Shown: positions 25,500 to 34,712, numbered from the stretch's first letter. The stretch is DNA of 64,000 bases from Rhodospirillales bacterium (GCA_965216765.1 OZ244199.1:2310357-2374356), one strand, 5' to 3'. Made by a program: numbers and translations. Notes: generated from the letters alone by a model not told the origin.

Positions 25500-27307
25500 C
25501 GACAGCCCCTGCGATCATTGCGCTGACCCATGACGGCGAGCGGCTGGCGCGGACGCTGCAACGAGCCTTACCCGGCTCGGAAGTGCACGGGCTGGAGCAC
25601 AGGACTGCCGCACCCGATGTGCCGTTCACCGAAACCACTAAGCATATCGAAAGCCTTTACCTGAGCGACCGTCCGGTTATCGGTATCTGTGCGAGCGGGA
25701 TTCTCGTCCGCACGGTAGCCGGCGCACTGTCAGACAAATATGCAGAACCACCGCTGATCGCCGTGTCACAGACAGGCGACGCCGTGGTGCCGCTTGTTGG
25801 CGGGCATAGAGGCGCTAACCTTTTGGCGGCACGGATCGGCAATGTGCTGGGTGTGCAGGCCGCTATCACCACCGCCGGAGACGCCGCCTTCGGCGGCGCG
25901 CTGGATGATCCCGGCACCGGTTGGCACGTACCAGACCCCGCCGCCGCAAAGCCAGTTGCCGCCGCACTGTTGGCCGGCGAGTCCGTCCGCATCGACAACC
26001 CCTTGGATCTTACGCTCCCCGGATGGATTGTAGCCCTGCCGCAATCGAAAACAGCCGCGCATACCATCATCATCAGCGATCAGGCGTCGGTTTCGGAGGG
26101 TGCCGGTTTTCAGATCGTGCCCAGGACTGTTGCACTCGGAGTCGGGTGCGAACGCGGCGCACCGAGTGAGGAACTGGACACCTTGGCAATGGAGAGCCTG
26201 GCGACCGCCAATCTTCATCCGGATGCCGTTGCCTGTGTCGTCTCACTGGATCTCAAAGCAGACGAAGTCGCAGTGCTGGCGCTGGCTGATAAACTGGGCG
26301 TGCCGGCGCGGTTCTTCGATGCCCAGACACTAGAGCGAGAGACACCGCGCCTCGCCAATCCCTCTGACCTAGTCTTCAACGAGGTCGGCTGCCACGGTGT
26401 CGCAGAAGGTGCCGCGTTAGCAGCAGTCGGTGCGGACGGCGCGTTGATTTCGCCGAAGTGCAAATCGGTGCGTGCCACCTGTGCCATTGCACGCGCAGTG
26501 GTGCCAATCGATTCAGGCGTCATCGGTCGCGCACGGGGAAGGCTGTCGATTGTTGGAATCGGCCCGGGCCAGGAACGTTGGCGCACGCCCGAGGTGACCT
26601 CCTGGCTTGCGGGATGCGAAGATGTTGTCGGTTACGGCCTCTACCTGGACCTGTTGGGCGATCTGATTACCGGCAAGAATCGGCATATGTCGGAGCTGTC
26701 CGAAGAAGAAGCCCGCGTTCGCCGCGCGCTCGAACTTGCCGCCGAAGGCCGAGATGTCGCACTGGTGAGTTCCGGTGACGCCGGTATTTATGCCATGGCG
26801 GCACTGGCATTCGAGGTATTGGACCGTGACGACGACGACGCTTTCAACCGGGTCGAGATCCGTGTCAGCCCTGGAATCTCAGCCGTACAGGCCGCGGCAG
26901 CCAGAATCGGCGCACCGCTCGGCCATGACTTCGCACTTATTTCTTTGTCCGATCTTCTGACTCCCTGGGGGGTGATCGAGAAGCGGATCAAGGCCGTGGC
27001 CGAAGGTGACTTCACGGTCGCCTTTTACAACCCGGTCTCTAAGCGAAGGAGGACACAGTTGGCGCGCGCTTGCGAGATTTTGCTCTCGAGACGATCAGCC
27101 GACACGCCTGTGGTCCTCGGACGCAATCTCGGTCGCCCGGAAGAAAGCGTACGGGTTGTGACGCTGGGCACTTTAACCGTCGATGACGTCGATATGCTGA
27201 CGTTGGTGCTGGTTGGGTCGTCATCTTCAAAGAAGATCATACGAGGTGACAAAACCTGGGTTTACACGCCACGCGGCTACGCCGCCAAGATCGATGCAAA
27301 TAACTGA
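25496..27307 (+). CDS. cobJ: CbiG-CobJ fusion (cobalt-precorrin-5A hydrolase plus precorrin-3B C17-methyltransferase)
   Basis: GGHRGANLLA, ITTAGD, LGVGCERG, GCHGVAEGAA; then VGIGPG, VSSGDAGIYAMA, ISLSDLLTPW, WVYTPRGY. Confidence 0.93.
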   Translation: MTTAPAIIALTHDGERLARTLQRALPGSEVHGLEHRTAAPDVPFTETTKHIESLYLSDRPVIGICASGILVRTVAGALSDKYAEPPLIAVSQTGDAVVPLVGGHRGANLLAARIGNVLGVQAAITTAGDAAFGGALDDPGTGWHVPDPAAAKPVAAALLAGESVRIDNPLDLTLPGWIVALPQSKTAAHTIIISDQASVSEGAGFQIVPRTVALGVGCERGAPSEELDTLAMESLATANLHPDAVACVVSLDLKADEVAVLALADKLGVPARFFDAQTLERETPRLANPSDLVFNEVGCHGVAEGAALAAVGADGALISPKCKSVRATCAIARAVVPIDSGVIGRARGRLSIVGIGPGQERWRTPEVTSWLAGCEDVVGYGLYLDLLGDLITGKNRHMSELSEEEARVRRALELAAEGRDVALVSSGDAGIYAMAALAFEVLDRDDDDAFNRVEIRVSPGISAVQAAAARIGAPLGHDFALISLSDLLTPWGVIEKRIKAVAEGDFTVAFYNPVSKRRRTQLARACEILLSRRSADTPVVLGRNLGRPEESVRVVTLGTLTVDDVDMLTLVLVGSSSSKKIIRGDKTWVYTPRGYAAKIDANN

Positions 27308-27320
27308 GGGAGTCCAATTC

Positions 27321-27824
27321 ATGCGTATCTTCATTCTGCTCGTCAGCCTCACGCTAGCCGCGCCGGGATATGCACAATCGACACCGCCGTCCCAGTCAGC
27401 AGGCAGTTCCGTCGGCATCGACATCGCCGACATCGTCTTCAAGGAAGTCGAAAAACGGGCTATCGAAGAATTCTATAAACATGTTCCGAGCACGCGCGCC
27501 GATGAAGAAGCCAAGAAGAACGATGACCGCGACGGCGGAAAAGCGAGGGGAAAGAAAGATAAAGACGCCAAGGGCAATGGGCGCGGCAACGGCCTGCCGC
27601 CAGGCTTGGTCAAGCGCGATCAGTTGCCGCCGGGTCTCGCCAAGCGAGGCAATCGCTTGCCGTCCGGTCTAATGAAATCTGATCTGCCGCCGGAGCTTGA
27701 AGGCAAGCTTCCAGTGTTGCCGGAGAATATTGAGCGTGTCGTTATCGATGATGACGTATTGCTCGTCCAAAAAGGGACCGATCTGATCCTAGACGTCTTG
27801 GATGGGGTTCTGGCCGGACAATGA
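27321..27824 (+). CDS. Secreted protein with GLPPGLAKR repeats (RcnB-like) inside the cob operon
   Basis: Signal peptide MRIFILLVSLTLAAPGYA; GLPPGLVKRDQLPPGLAKR; C-terminal ERVVIDDDVLLV..LILDVL. Confidence 0.65.
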   Translation: MRIFILLVSLTLAAPGYAQSTPPSQSAGSSVGIDIADIVFKEVEKRAIEEFYKHVPSTRADEEAKKNDDRDGGKARGKKDKDAKGNGRGNGLPPGLVKRDQLPPGLAKRGNRLPSGLMKSDLPPELEGKLPVLPENIERVVIDDDVLLVQKGTDLILDVLDGVLAGQ

Positions 27825-28582
27825 CCGTTCATTTCATAGGTGCCGGTCCGGGTGCCCCGGACCTGATCACGGTTCGCGGCCTGAAGCTCATTCAGGCTGC
27901 GCCCGTCGTGTTGTATGCGGGCTCGCTAGTGCCGGCCGAGATTGTCGCGGCGGCTGGGGCGGATGCCCGCGTACTGGATACCGCGCCAATGCATTTGGAC
28001 GAGATTATCGAAGAGATTCGCCTTGCCCATGCCGACGGCCAGGACGTGGCACGCGTTCACTCCGGCGACCCGTCTCTTTACGGTGCGGTTGCGGAACAGA
28101 TGCGCCGTCTGGATGAACTGGGGATCGAGTACGACGTGACGCCTGGGGTCTCGGCCTACGCTGCTGCTTCGGCGGTGCTTAAACGCGAGCTCACGCTACC
28201 GGATATCGCGCAAACGGTCATCCTGACACGCACGGCGGTGCGTGCCTCGAAGATGCCGGCGGGAGAGGAACTGGAAACGCTTGCGAAAAGCGGGGCCACA
28301 CTGGCGATCCACCTTTCCGTCAACAATCTGGCGCATGTGGAACGAACGTTGACGCCATTCTACGGCGCGGATTGTCCGGTCGTCGTCGCCTATCGCGTCT
28401 CCTGGCCGGACGAAATGTTTATCGAAGGCACCCTCTCGGACATACGCGCGAAAGTGAAGGCTTCGGGGATCACCCGCACTGCATTGATCCTCGTCGGACG
28501 CGTCTTTTCGAACGATGCGTTTACCGATTCCCGGCTTTATGCCGCCGATCATCACCACGTGCTGAGACCTCGAACCGATTAA
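27821..28582 (+). CDS. cobM: Precorrin-4 C11-methyltransferase
   Basis: MTVHFIGAGPGAPDLITVRG, RVHSGDPSLYGAVAEQ, QTVILTR. Confidence 0.96.
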   Translation: MTVHFIGAGPGAPDLITVRGLKLIQAAPVVLYAGSLVPAEIVAAAGADARVLDTAPMHLDEIIEEIRLAHADGQDVARVHSGDPSLYGAVAEQMRRLDELGIEYDVTPGVSAYAAASAVLKRELTLPDIAQTVILTRTAVRASKMPAGEELETLAKSGATLAIHLSVNNLAHVERTLTPFYGADCPVVVAYRVSWPDEMFIEGTLSDIRAKVKASGITRTALILVGRVFSNDAFTDSRLYAADHHHVLRPRTD

Positions 28583-28958
28583 TTTTTCGATAAAGCTGCC
28601 ACGGCGTCAGGACCATACGCCCCCGAAGCGCCAGGCACCTTTTGACGATTTCGACACAGGTCGAAGGACCCAAAGGTAATTCCTTGCGGCGCGGTGCGGC
28701 ACGCTGAACCGGCACCGCGACCAAACCGTTCTCTTGAAAGAGCTGTTGTAACTCCGAAGGAGGGAGAGCGCCCAACTTCGTCACCTGCAAACCGTTCGAC
28801 ATCGGGTCCAACAGCACCCATTCGCCGGCTTCGGCGACGACGATCATACAGTGGCGGAAACCCGGCTTCAGTAGCTGTAGATACCGAAGCGATGAGTCCG
28901 AGAACAAAACGAACGCTAACGAGTTACCGTTCGGTCGCATCAGCAGACCCGCACTCAT
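28521..28958 (-). CDS. Phage-type hypothetical protein with His...Cys (permuted papain-like) signature
   Basis: LLKPGFRHC...WVLLDP...PSTCVEIVKRCL...LTPWQLYR; coupled to the upstream gene. Confidence 0.65.
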   Translation of the reverse strand: MSAGLLMRPNGNSLAFVLFSDSSLRYLQLLKPGFRHCMIVVAEAGEWVLLDPMSNGLQVTKLGALPPSELQQLFQENGLVAVPVQRAAPRRKELPLGPSTCVEIVKRCLALRGRMVLTPWQLYRKINRFEVSARGDDRRHKAGNR

Positions 28959-29323
28959 TGGATGATTCCCCGCGCCCGGAGACTAGGCTCAAGATGATCC
29001 ATAGCGTCCTGCCAAAGAATCCAATCAACGATCTCTTGCTGGTCGTCAGGATACGGCAGGCGGTCGAGAAAACCGTATTCCCCCAACACTTCGAGATGCA
29101 GCGGATATAGTGTGTGTTCGTGATATAGCCTGGAGACACAACGATAGATGTCCGCCGGCTCGCAGGGGCGTGCCGTGTCCGAACCGGCACGCGGACGCAC
29201 ACCCTCCGCTTTCGCCTTCTCGGTCCGCACGAACCAGAACCATGCTTCCTCGCCATTTTCAAAAGGTGCTAGGAGTCGGTTGGATTCCGATGTTCTCCGC
29301 CAAGCCACACTGGATTTCGTCAT
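28955..29323 (-). CDS. Conserved hypothetical protein (PFxxxEEAWFWF...RPCEP family), possibly a regulator of the virion cluster
   Basis: GAGGAAGG RBS; PFENGEEAWFWF, RPCEPADI, LW.DAM..LEPSLRARGII. Confidence 0.7.
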   Translation of the reverse strand: MTKSSVAWRRTSESNRLLAPFENGEEAWFWFVRTEKAKAEGVRPRAGSDTARPCEPADIYRCVSRLYHEHTLYPLHLEVLGEYGFLDRLPYPDDQQEIVDWILWQDAMDHLEPSLRARGIIQ

Positions 29324-29450
29324 AGTTCCTTCCTCACTTATAAATTGAACAGTGTTCCAGTCGCGCGCGACCGACCTGTCCGCGAAAAGAGCGTCTTCAA
29401 AAACTCGTCAATTAAATGTCGGTCTTGCGGGTCCGGAACGGACACCAAAT

Positions 29451-29490
29451 GAAAAGTCCCGGGAAGAAGACACACGTCTCCCCGGGACTT
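29451..29490 (-). terminator. tldD terminator
   Basis: AAGTCCCGGG/CCCGGGACTT inverted repeat followed by T residues on the minus strand. Confidence 0.65.
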
Positions 29491-29540
29491 GGCTAAATCT
29501 TAAATTTAACCTATGCGAGTATCAATATAATAATACAGGC

Positions 29541-30989
29541 TCAGACTGCGGTGCCGCCAACGGTCATACCGTCGATCCGCAATGTCGGTTGACCAACACC
29601 AACCGGCACGCCCTGGCCGTTCTTGCCGCACGTGCCGACGCCACTGTCCAGTTCGAGATCGTTTCCAACCATCGAGACCTTCGTTAGAGCTTCCGGCCCG
29701 GCGCCGATCAGCGTTGCGCCCTTTACGGGCGCACCGACCTTACCGTTCTCGATTTTGTATGCCTCGGTACACGAGAACACGAACTTACCGTTCGTAATAT
29801 CGACCTGGCCACCGCCGAACGACGTCGCGTACAGCCCATTGTCGACCGAAGCCAAGAGCTCGGCCGGGTCCTTATCCCCGGCAAGCATGTACGTATTTGT
29901 CATGCGAGGCATCGGCATATGAGCATAACTTTGCCGCCGGCCGTTGCCGGTCGACGCTTGCCCCATCAGGCGCGCGTTCATGCGATCCTGCATATATCCC
30001 TTCAAAATGCCGTCCTCGATCAAGACGGTGTAGTCACTGGGCGTGCCCTCATCGTCGATGGTAAGTGAGCCGCGCCGTTCGGAGATCGTACCGTCATCGA
30101 CCACGGTGACACCCGGTGAGGCCACCCTTTCGCCCATCAGGCCAGCGAATGCGGATGTCTTTTTGCGGTTGAAATCACCTTCGAGGCCGTGGCCAATCGC
30201 TTCATGCAACAAAATCCCTGGCCATCCGGCGCCGAGCACGACGACCATCTCACCTGCGGGCGCTGCAACAGCCTCCATGTTAACGCTGGCCTGACGGAGT
30301 GCCTCGTCCATGGCCGGCTTCCACGTTTCCGGTTTCAGGTACTCAGCGAACGGCACGCGACCGCCCATACCGTGCGAACCCATTTCCATACGGCCGTCTT
30401 TTTCCAAAATCACCTGCACGTTCAAGCGCACAAGCGGGCGGATGTCAGCAACGCGTTCACCACCAGTGCGGATGATCTGCACGGCCTGCCATGAGCCAAG
30501 GATCGAAGCCGTAACCTGCTTCACGCGCGGGTCGAGGGAGCGGGCATAAGCATCCATCTCAGCGAGAAGCGCAACCTTGTCCTCAAACGGCACGAGCGAC
30601 AGCGGATTGTGATCGCCATAGAGCGTGCGGTTGGTCGGCTTCAGCGGCACGGCGACAGCGTCGCTCTCGCTCCGGATCACGGCACGCACGGTATCAACCG
30701 CACGGCCCAACGCCGCCTCGGACAGTTCGGACGCATGCGCATAACCGGTCGCTTCACCGGAAACAGCGCGAAGGCCAAACCCCTGTGCCGTATCGAAGCT
30801 AGCGCTTTTGACGCGGCCGTCGTCGAACATGATACTTTCCGATTGCCGGTATTCGAGAAAAAGCTCGCCATCGTCAGCGCCTTTGAGCGCCTCACCGGTC
30901 AGGCGCTCGGCGCGTGCGAGATCAAGCTCGGTGCCTTCAAAGAAAAGGGCGTCGGTGCTTGCCAGATCGGTCATTGGTTTCCCTCTCAT
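29541..30989 (-). CDS. tldD: Metalloprotease TldD
   Basis: GWPGILLHEAIGHGLEGDFNRK, PRMTNTYM, GGQVDITNGKF, GVGQPTLRI. Confidence 0.96.
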   Translation of the reverse strand: MRGKPMTDLASTDALFFEGTELDLARAERLTGEALKGADDGELFLEYRQSESIMFDDGRVKSASFDTAQGFGLRAVSGEATGYAHASELSEAALGRAVDTVRAVIRSESDAVAVPLKPTNRTLYGDHNPLSLVPFEDKVALLAEMDAYARSLDPRVKQVTASILGSWQAVQIIRTGGERVADIRPLVRLNVQVILEKDGRMEMGSHGMGGRVPFAEYLKPETWKPAMDEALRQASVNMEAVAAPAGEMVVVLGAGWPGILLHEAIGHGLEGDFNRKKTSAFAGLMGERVASPGVTVVDDGTISERRGSLTIDDEGTPSDYTVLIEDGILKGYMQDRMNARLMGQASTGNGRRQSYAHMPMPRMTNTYMLAGDKDPAELLASVDNGLYATSFGGGQVDITNGKFVFSCTEAYKIENGKVGAPVKGATLIGAGPEALTKVSMVGNDLELDSGVGTCGKNGQGVPVGVGQPTLRIDGMTVGGTAV

Positions 30990-31066
30990 ATTCGGCTAAA
31001 GAAATGTGTCGCCGGGGTCTACTAAGAATATAGGAAGGCATCGGCCAAAAGGCGAGGAGTGGCGCC

Positions 31067-32362
31067 GTGAAATTCAAAGAACATGCGCTTCGGTCGGAAC
31101 TAACGGCCGAGATGAATGCCCGACCACACGCATCGATTTCCGCGCCCGCACATATTTCCCATATTGCGGTGGTCACCGGCGAAGAGACCGTCGAAGACGA
31201 CCTCAAACACCTGTCCAAGCTTTGTCAGGCGTTCAAGGTCTCAGCCCCTTCTATGTCCGCCTCCCAGTTCGACGCGGATTTCGGTCCGTTCCGCCTGAAG
31301 TGGGAACGCCATACGGAGTTCTCTGCTTATACACTGATTAAATCAGGCCCGACGGATCAGCCTTTCAAAAGCACACCGATTGCGGAAGTCCCCGCGGACT
31401 GGCTTGCCGAAATGCCCGGTGAGTTGCTGACGGCGATACATATCGCCATAGATACCGAAAGCACCCCGATCCGTGAAGGCGCCGAGTTGTCGGGTCTGTT
31501 CGACAACAACAACGTCGTCGGCGGAGCCATCGTTGAGGGGCGAGCAACACTGTGGACCGACTACCAAACCCATACGGATGGGTTCCTTCGCTTTCTGATC
31601 CGCGAAAATGAGATGACGGCAGGATCGATCGGGCGACTGGTGAAGCGTATTTGCGAGATGGAGACCTATCGCATGATGGCGATGCTCGCACTGCCACCGG
31701 CACGGGAGGCTAGGCCACATATCGCGAGACTTGAACAGGATTTAAGCGATATTCTTCAAACATTGGCCTCCAACGACAGTAATGCCGACGAAAGAAGTCT
31801 GCTTGACCATCTGTCAAAGGTCGCCGCCGAGACGGAACGGATCTCCGCGTCGCTGAACTACCGTTTCTCGGCGTCACGGGCGTATCAGGAACTCGTCTAC
31901 CAACGGATCGACGGATTACGGATCGAACGAACTGTCGGGCTTCAGCCCGTCACTGATTATGTCACCACTCGCTTCGCCCCGGCCATGGAGACCCGTGACA
32001 ACCTGTCCCGGCGAATTGAAACCCTGAGCCGCCGCGTCGCCCGCGCCAGCGACCTGCTGCGCACCCGCGTCGATGTTGCCTTGGAAGCCCAGAACCGGGA
32101 TCTGCTGGAATCCATGGACCGGCGTGCGCGCCTGCAGCTTCGGCTACAGCAAACCGTCGAAGGCTTGTCGGTGGTTGCCATCAGCTATTACCTGATGGGG
32201 TTGCTGGGCTACGTTGTCAAAGGCATGGACGACATGGGTATGGTTCCCATCGACACCGAGATCGTCATGTTGGTGCTGCTTCTGCCGGTCGTCGTCGCCA
32301 TATGGTGGGGCGTGCACTATCTCAGGAGCATTATCCTCAAAACGCCGAGCAAAAAGACGTGA
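31067..32362 (+). CDS. DUF3422-family membrane protein
   Basis: EMNARP, LKWERHTEFSAYT, GRLVKRICEMETYRMMAMLALP, QLRLQQTVEGLSVVAISYY. Confidence 0.88.
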   Translation: MKFKEHALRSELTAEMNARPHASISAPAHISHIAVVTGEETVEDDLKHLSKLCQAFKVSAPSMSASQFDADFGPFRLKWERHTEFSAYTLIKSGPTDQPFKSTPIAEVPADWLAEMPGELLTAIHIAIDTESTPIREGAELSGLFDNNNVVGGAIVEGRATLWTDYQTHTDGFLRFLIRENEMTAGSIGRLVKRICEMETYRMMAMLALPPAREARPHIARLEQDLSDILQTLASNDSNADERSLLDHLSKVAAETERISASLNYRFSASRAYQELVYQRIDGLRIERTVGLQPVTDYVTTRFAPAMETRDNLSRRIETLSRRVARASDLLRTRVDVALEAQNRDLLESMDRRARLQLRLQQTVEGLSVVAISYYLMGLLGYVVKGMDDMGMVPIDTEIVMLVLLLPVVVAIWWGVHYLRSIILKTPSKKT

Positions 32363-32365
32363 AAC

Positions 32366-33448
32366 TTATCCCGCTGCAAACCTGACGGCCGCGACAGGCG
32401 GCAGGCGCACGTCCGGGGCCGACCACGTTTCGCCGCCGTCGTCGGAAATCCAGAAGCCGCCGCTGGTCGAACCGAACGCCAACGCTTTTCCGTCATCGTC
32501 GCACGCGAAGGCATGCCGGTAGACCAAGTCATAGGCATGCCGCGACGGCAGGCCTTTCTCCAAGACCTCGAACGTCTTGCCACCGTCATGGGTGCGAGAA
32601 ATGACCAGCTTAGCATCCACGGGATACCGCTTTTCATCCGTGGTTGCCGGTGCGAACCAAGCTGTATTCGGGTCTTTGGGGTGCGCCACGACTGCAAACC
32701 CGAAGCCGGAGGGCTTCGCAGTTTTAAGCTGTTTCCAGTTGTGGCCACCGTCTTCTGATCGATAAATCCCGCTATGGTGCTGACACCACATGACACTTGG
32801 CACCGTCCGGCATTGTGCGAGCTGATGAATATCCTGCGGCATCGGGTCGCTTTGCTGATCCGGCGGCATGTACTCGTTGTGAAATCCGAGGCCGACCAGA
32901 TCCCACGTACTACCAGTGTCTTTGCTCTCCCAAACGCCGGCACAGGAAATACCGACCGTCAGGTGACCAGGGTCCGCCGGATCGACTAGCACGGTACTCA
33001 GGCCCGGTTGTTCACCGCCGGCAACGCCGAACCATTGCCGCCGTTCCGGCATCGTCCAAAACGATTCCAGTAGCGACCACGTGGCGCCATTGTCTTCGGA
33101 GCGGAATAAACCGCCCGGCATCGTCCCTGCCCAGAGTGCGCCGTCACCGGCACGCGTGAAATTCCAGACCCGTCCCAGCGTCCAAGGATGCGGATCGTCG
33201 TCGAGGTTCTCTGGCTTTTCCGGAAACGACGGCGCTTCGACTTCCGCCCATTCACTATCCGACTCTTTGCGCCAGACCTTGGCACCAAAGTGACCGAGGT
33301 CGAGAGCCGCCAACACAATCCCGTCGTCGGCATAAACGGCCGTGACCGGATCGCCGAGGAAAGCCGTATCGGCTACATCCCATCTTCCGTTCTGGCGTCC
33401 GAATTCGAACAGCCCTTTGCGTGTGCCAACGAATATCCGTTCCGACAT
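32366..33448 (-). CDS. WD40/YVTN/BNR-repeat (sialidase-like) beta-propeller protein
   Basis: VGTRKGLF; repeated SxDxGxTW Asp-boxes (RSEDNGATW, SKDTGSTW, RSEDGGHNW, SDDGGETW); QHHSGIYRS. Confidence 0.88.
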   Translation of the reverse strand: MSERIFVGTRKGLFEFGRQNGRWDVADTAFLGDPVTAVYADDGIVLAALDLGHFGAKVWRKESDSEWAEVEAPSFPEKPENLDDDPHPWTLGRVWNFTRAGDGALWAGTMPGGLFRSEDNGATWSLLESFWTMPERRQWFGVAGGEQPGLSTVLVDPADPGHLTVGISCAGVWESKDTGSTWDLVGLGFHNEYMPPDQQSDPMPQDIHQLAQCRTVPSVMWCQHHSGIYRSEDGGHNWKQLKTAKPSGFGFAVVAHPKDPNTAWFAPATTDEKRYPVDAKLVISRTHDGGKTFEVLEKGLPSRHAYDLVYRHAFACDDDGKALAFGSTSGGFWISDDGGETWSAPDVRLPPVAAVRFAAG

Positions 33449-33457
33449 GGTCTTCTC

Positions 33458-33727
33458 CTATCCGCCGGTTAAGGCCTGAAACACATAAATTTCACCGTCA
33501 GCGCTGACAGGGTCCGACAGGTTTTCGCGATCCACCACCTGTACGCCGTCGATAAAAACCGCAACGTGCCGGCGAACGGCACCCTGGTCATCCAGGATAT
33601 ATCCCCGCAACTTTGGGTGCTCCCAGAAGACGGCGTCGAGCACGTCCCGTAACGTGTCACCATCGACCTGCATCACGGGCGCTTTGACGAACCGCTCCAG
33701 TTGGTTAGTGAAGTGGATGGTCGGCAT
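33458..33727 (-). CDS. MoaD/ThiS-family ubiquitin-like protein
   Basis: DDQGAVRRHVAVFIDG; ends ALTGG (C-terminal diglycine). Confidence 0.9.
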   Translation of the reverse strand: MPTIHFTNQLERFVKAPVMQVDGDTLRDVLDAVFWEHPKLRGYILDDQGAVRRHVAVFIDGVQVVDRENLSDPVSADGEIYVFQALTGG

Positions 33728-33729
33728 GG

Positions 33730-34188
33730 TCACGCGAGCGAGAGAAATTCGCCCTCGAGCCGTTCGAAACTCGTCGTCCAGCCCTCGCGATGCGAATCAC
33801 ACTCTTCCACCGTCTCGAAACGTTCATGGCGGAACGTCATCAGCGTACCATCGCCCTCTTCTTCGAGAACAATCGTGACCAGAGAGTCGCTGCCCTTGTC
33901 GGGTCCGTTGCGCCAAGTCCAAGTGAACTGCAAGCGTTCCGGTTCATCGATCTCCAAGTAGGTGCCCGAGATCACATGCTGCGCACCACCCTCAAGCGTC
34001 ATCTCAGAGCGGAAAACACCGCCGACTCGGAGATCGTTAGAGAACTTGTTCTGCTCCATATAGTCGCACCCCCACCACCGTGCGACATGCTCGGGCTGCG
34101 TCCATGCCTTAAAGACCAGTGCGCGTGGTGCATTGAATGAGCGCGTGATTACCAGCTCGTTTAAACCGGGCCTAGTTCCTTCGTCCAT
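33730..34188 (-). CDS. SRPBCC (AHSA1-like) ligand-binding protein
   Basis: ELVITRSFNAPRALVFKAWTQPEHVARWWG...HREGW. Confidence 0.9.
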   Translation of the reverse strand: MDEGTRPGLNELVITRSFNAPRALVFKAWTQPEHVARWWGCDYMEQNKFSNDLRVGGVFRSEMTLEGGAQHVISGTYLEIDEPERLQFTWTWRNGPDKGSDSLVTIVLEEEGDGTLMTFRHERFETVEECDSHREGWTTSFERLEGEFLSLA

Positions 34189-34519
34189 TGCCCTTATCCT
34201 TTTGCAGTTCACCCAGATACAATTCGAGGCGATCGAAGCTGTTGTTCCAAAATTCTCGGTATTGGCCGATCCAGTCGGCAGCGTCACGCAGTGGCGCCGC
34301 ATCTAGAGCACATGGGCGCCACTGAGCCTCTCGCCCACGACGGACGAGTCCAGCGCGTTCAAGGACCCGAAGATGCTTCGAAACTGCCGGTAAGCTCATG
34401 TCGAATGGCGCGCTGATCTCCGAGACCGTCATCGCGCCCTCTGCGAGGCGCGCCAAGATTGCCCGCCGGGTCGGGTCAGCAAGTGCTTGAAATGTTGTAC
34501 TGAGAGTGTCCGTAGCCAT
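34172..34519 (-). CDS. ArsR-family transcriptional repressor
   Basis: FQALADPTRRAILARL, MSLPAVSKHLRVLERAGLV. Confidence 0.92.
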   Translation of the reverse strand: MATDTLSTTFQALADPTRRAILARLAEGAMTVSEISAPFDMSLPAVSKHLRVLERAGLVRRGREAQWRPCALDAAPLRDAADWIGQYREFWNNSFDRLELYLGELQKDKGNGRRN

Positions 34520-34530
34520 TATCTGCTCTT

Positions 34531-34554
34531 TTATTTAACCGATAGGTTAAATAA
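34531..34554. promoter_or_regulatory. Probable ArsR operator
   Basis: Perfect inverted repeat TTATTTAACC-GATA-GGTTAAATAA, 12 nt upstream of the arsR start. Confidence 0.8.
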
Positions 34555-34644
34555 GCATAGATCAAACGCCGCGTCAATCTGCTTTGTGCGGATCAGCGAC
34601 TCCATCAAGCCGCTTGCCAAGCTACGACCGGCTTTTTATAAAAC

Positions 34645-34712
34645 CGTCACGTGGTGATTTGTCCGACCGGCTTGCGGCCACGTTAAATAAACCCGCTAAA
34701 AGGTCTCGGTTA
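34645..34712 (+). ncRNA. SAM-II (SAM_alpha) riboswitch upstream of metZ
   Basis: CGTGGTGATTTG..CCGACCGGCTTGCGGCCACGTTAAA..CGCTAAA matches the SAM_alpha consensus. Confidence 0.9.
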
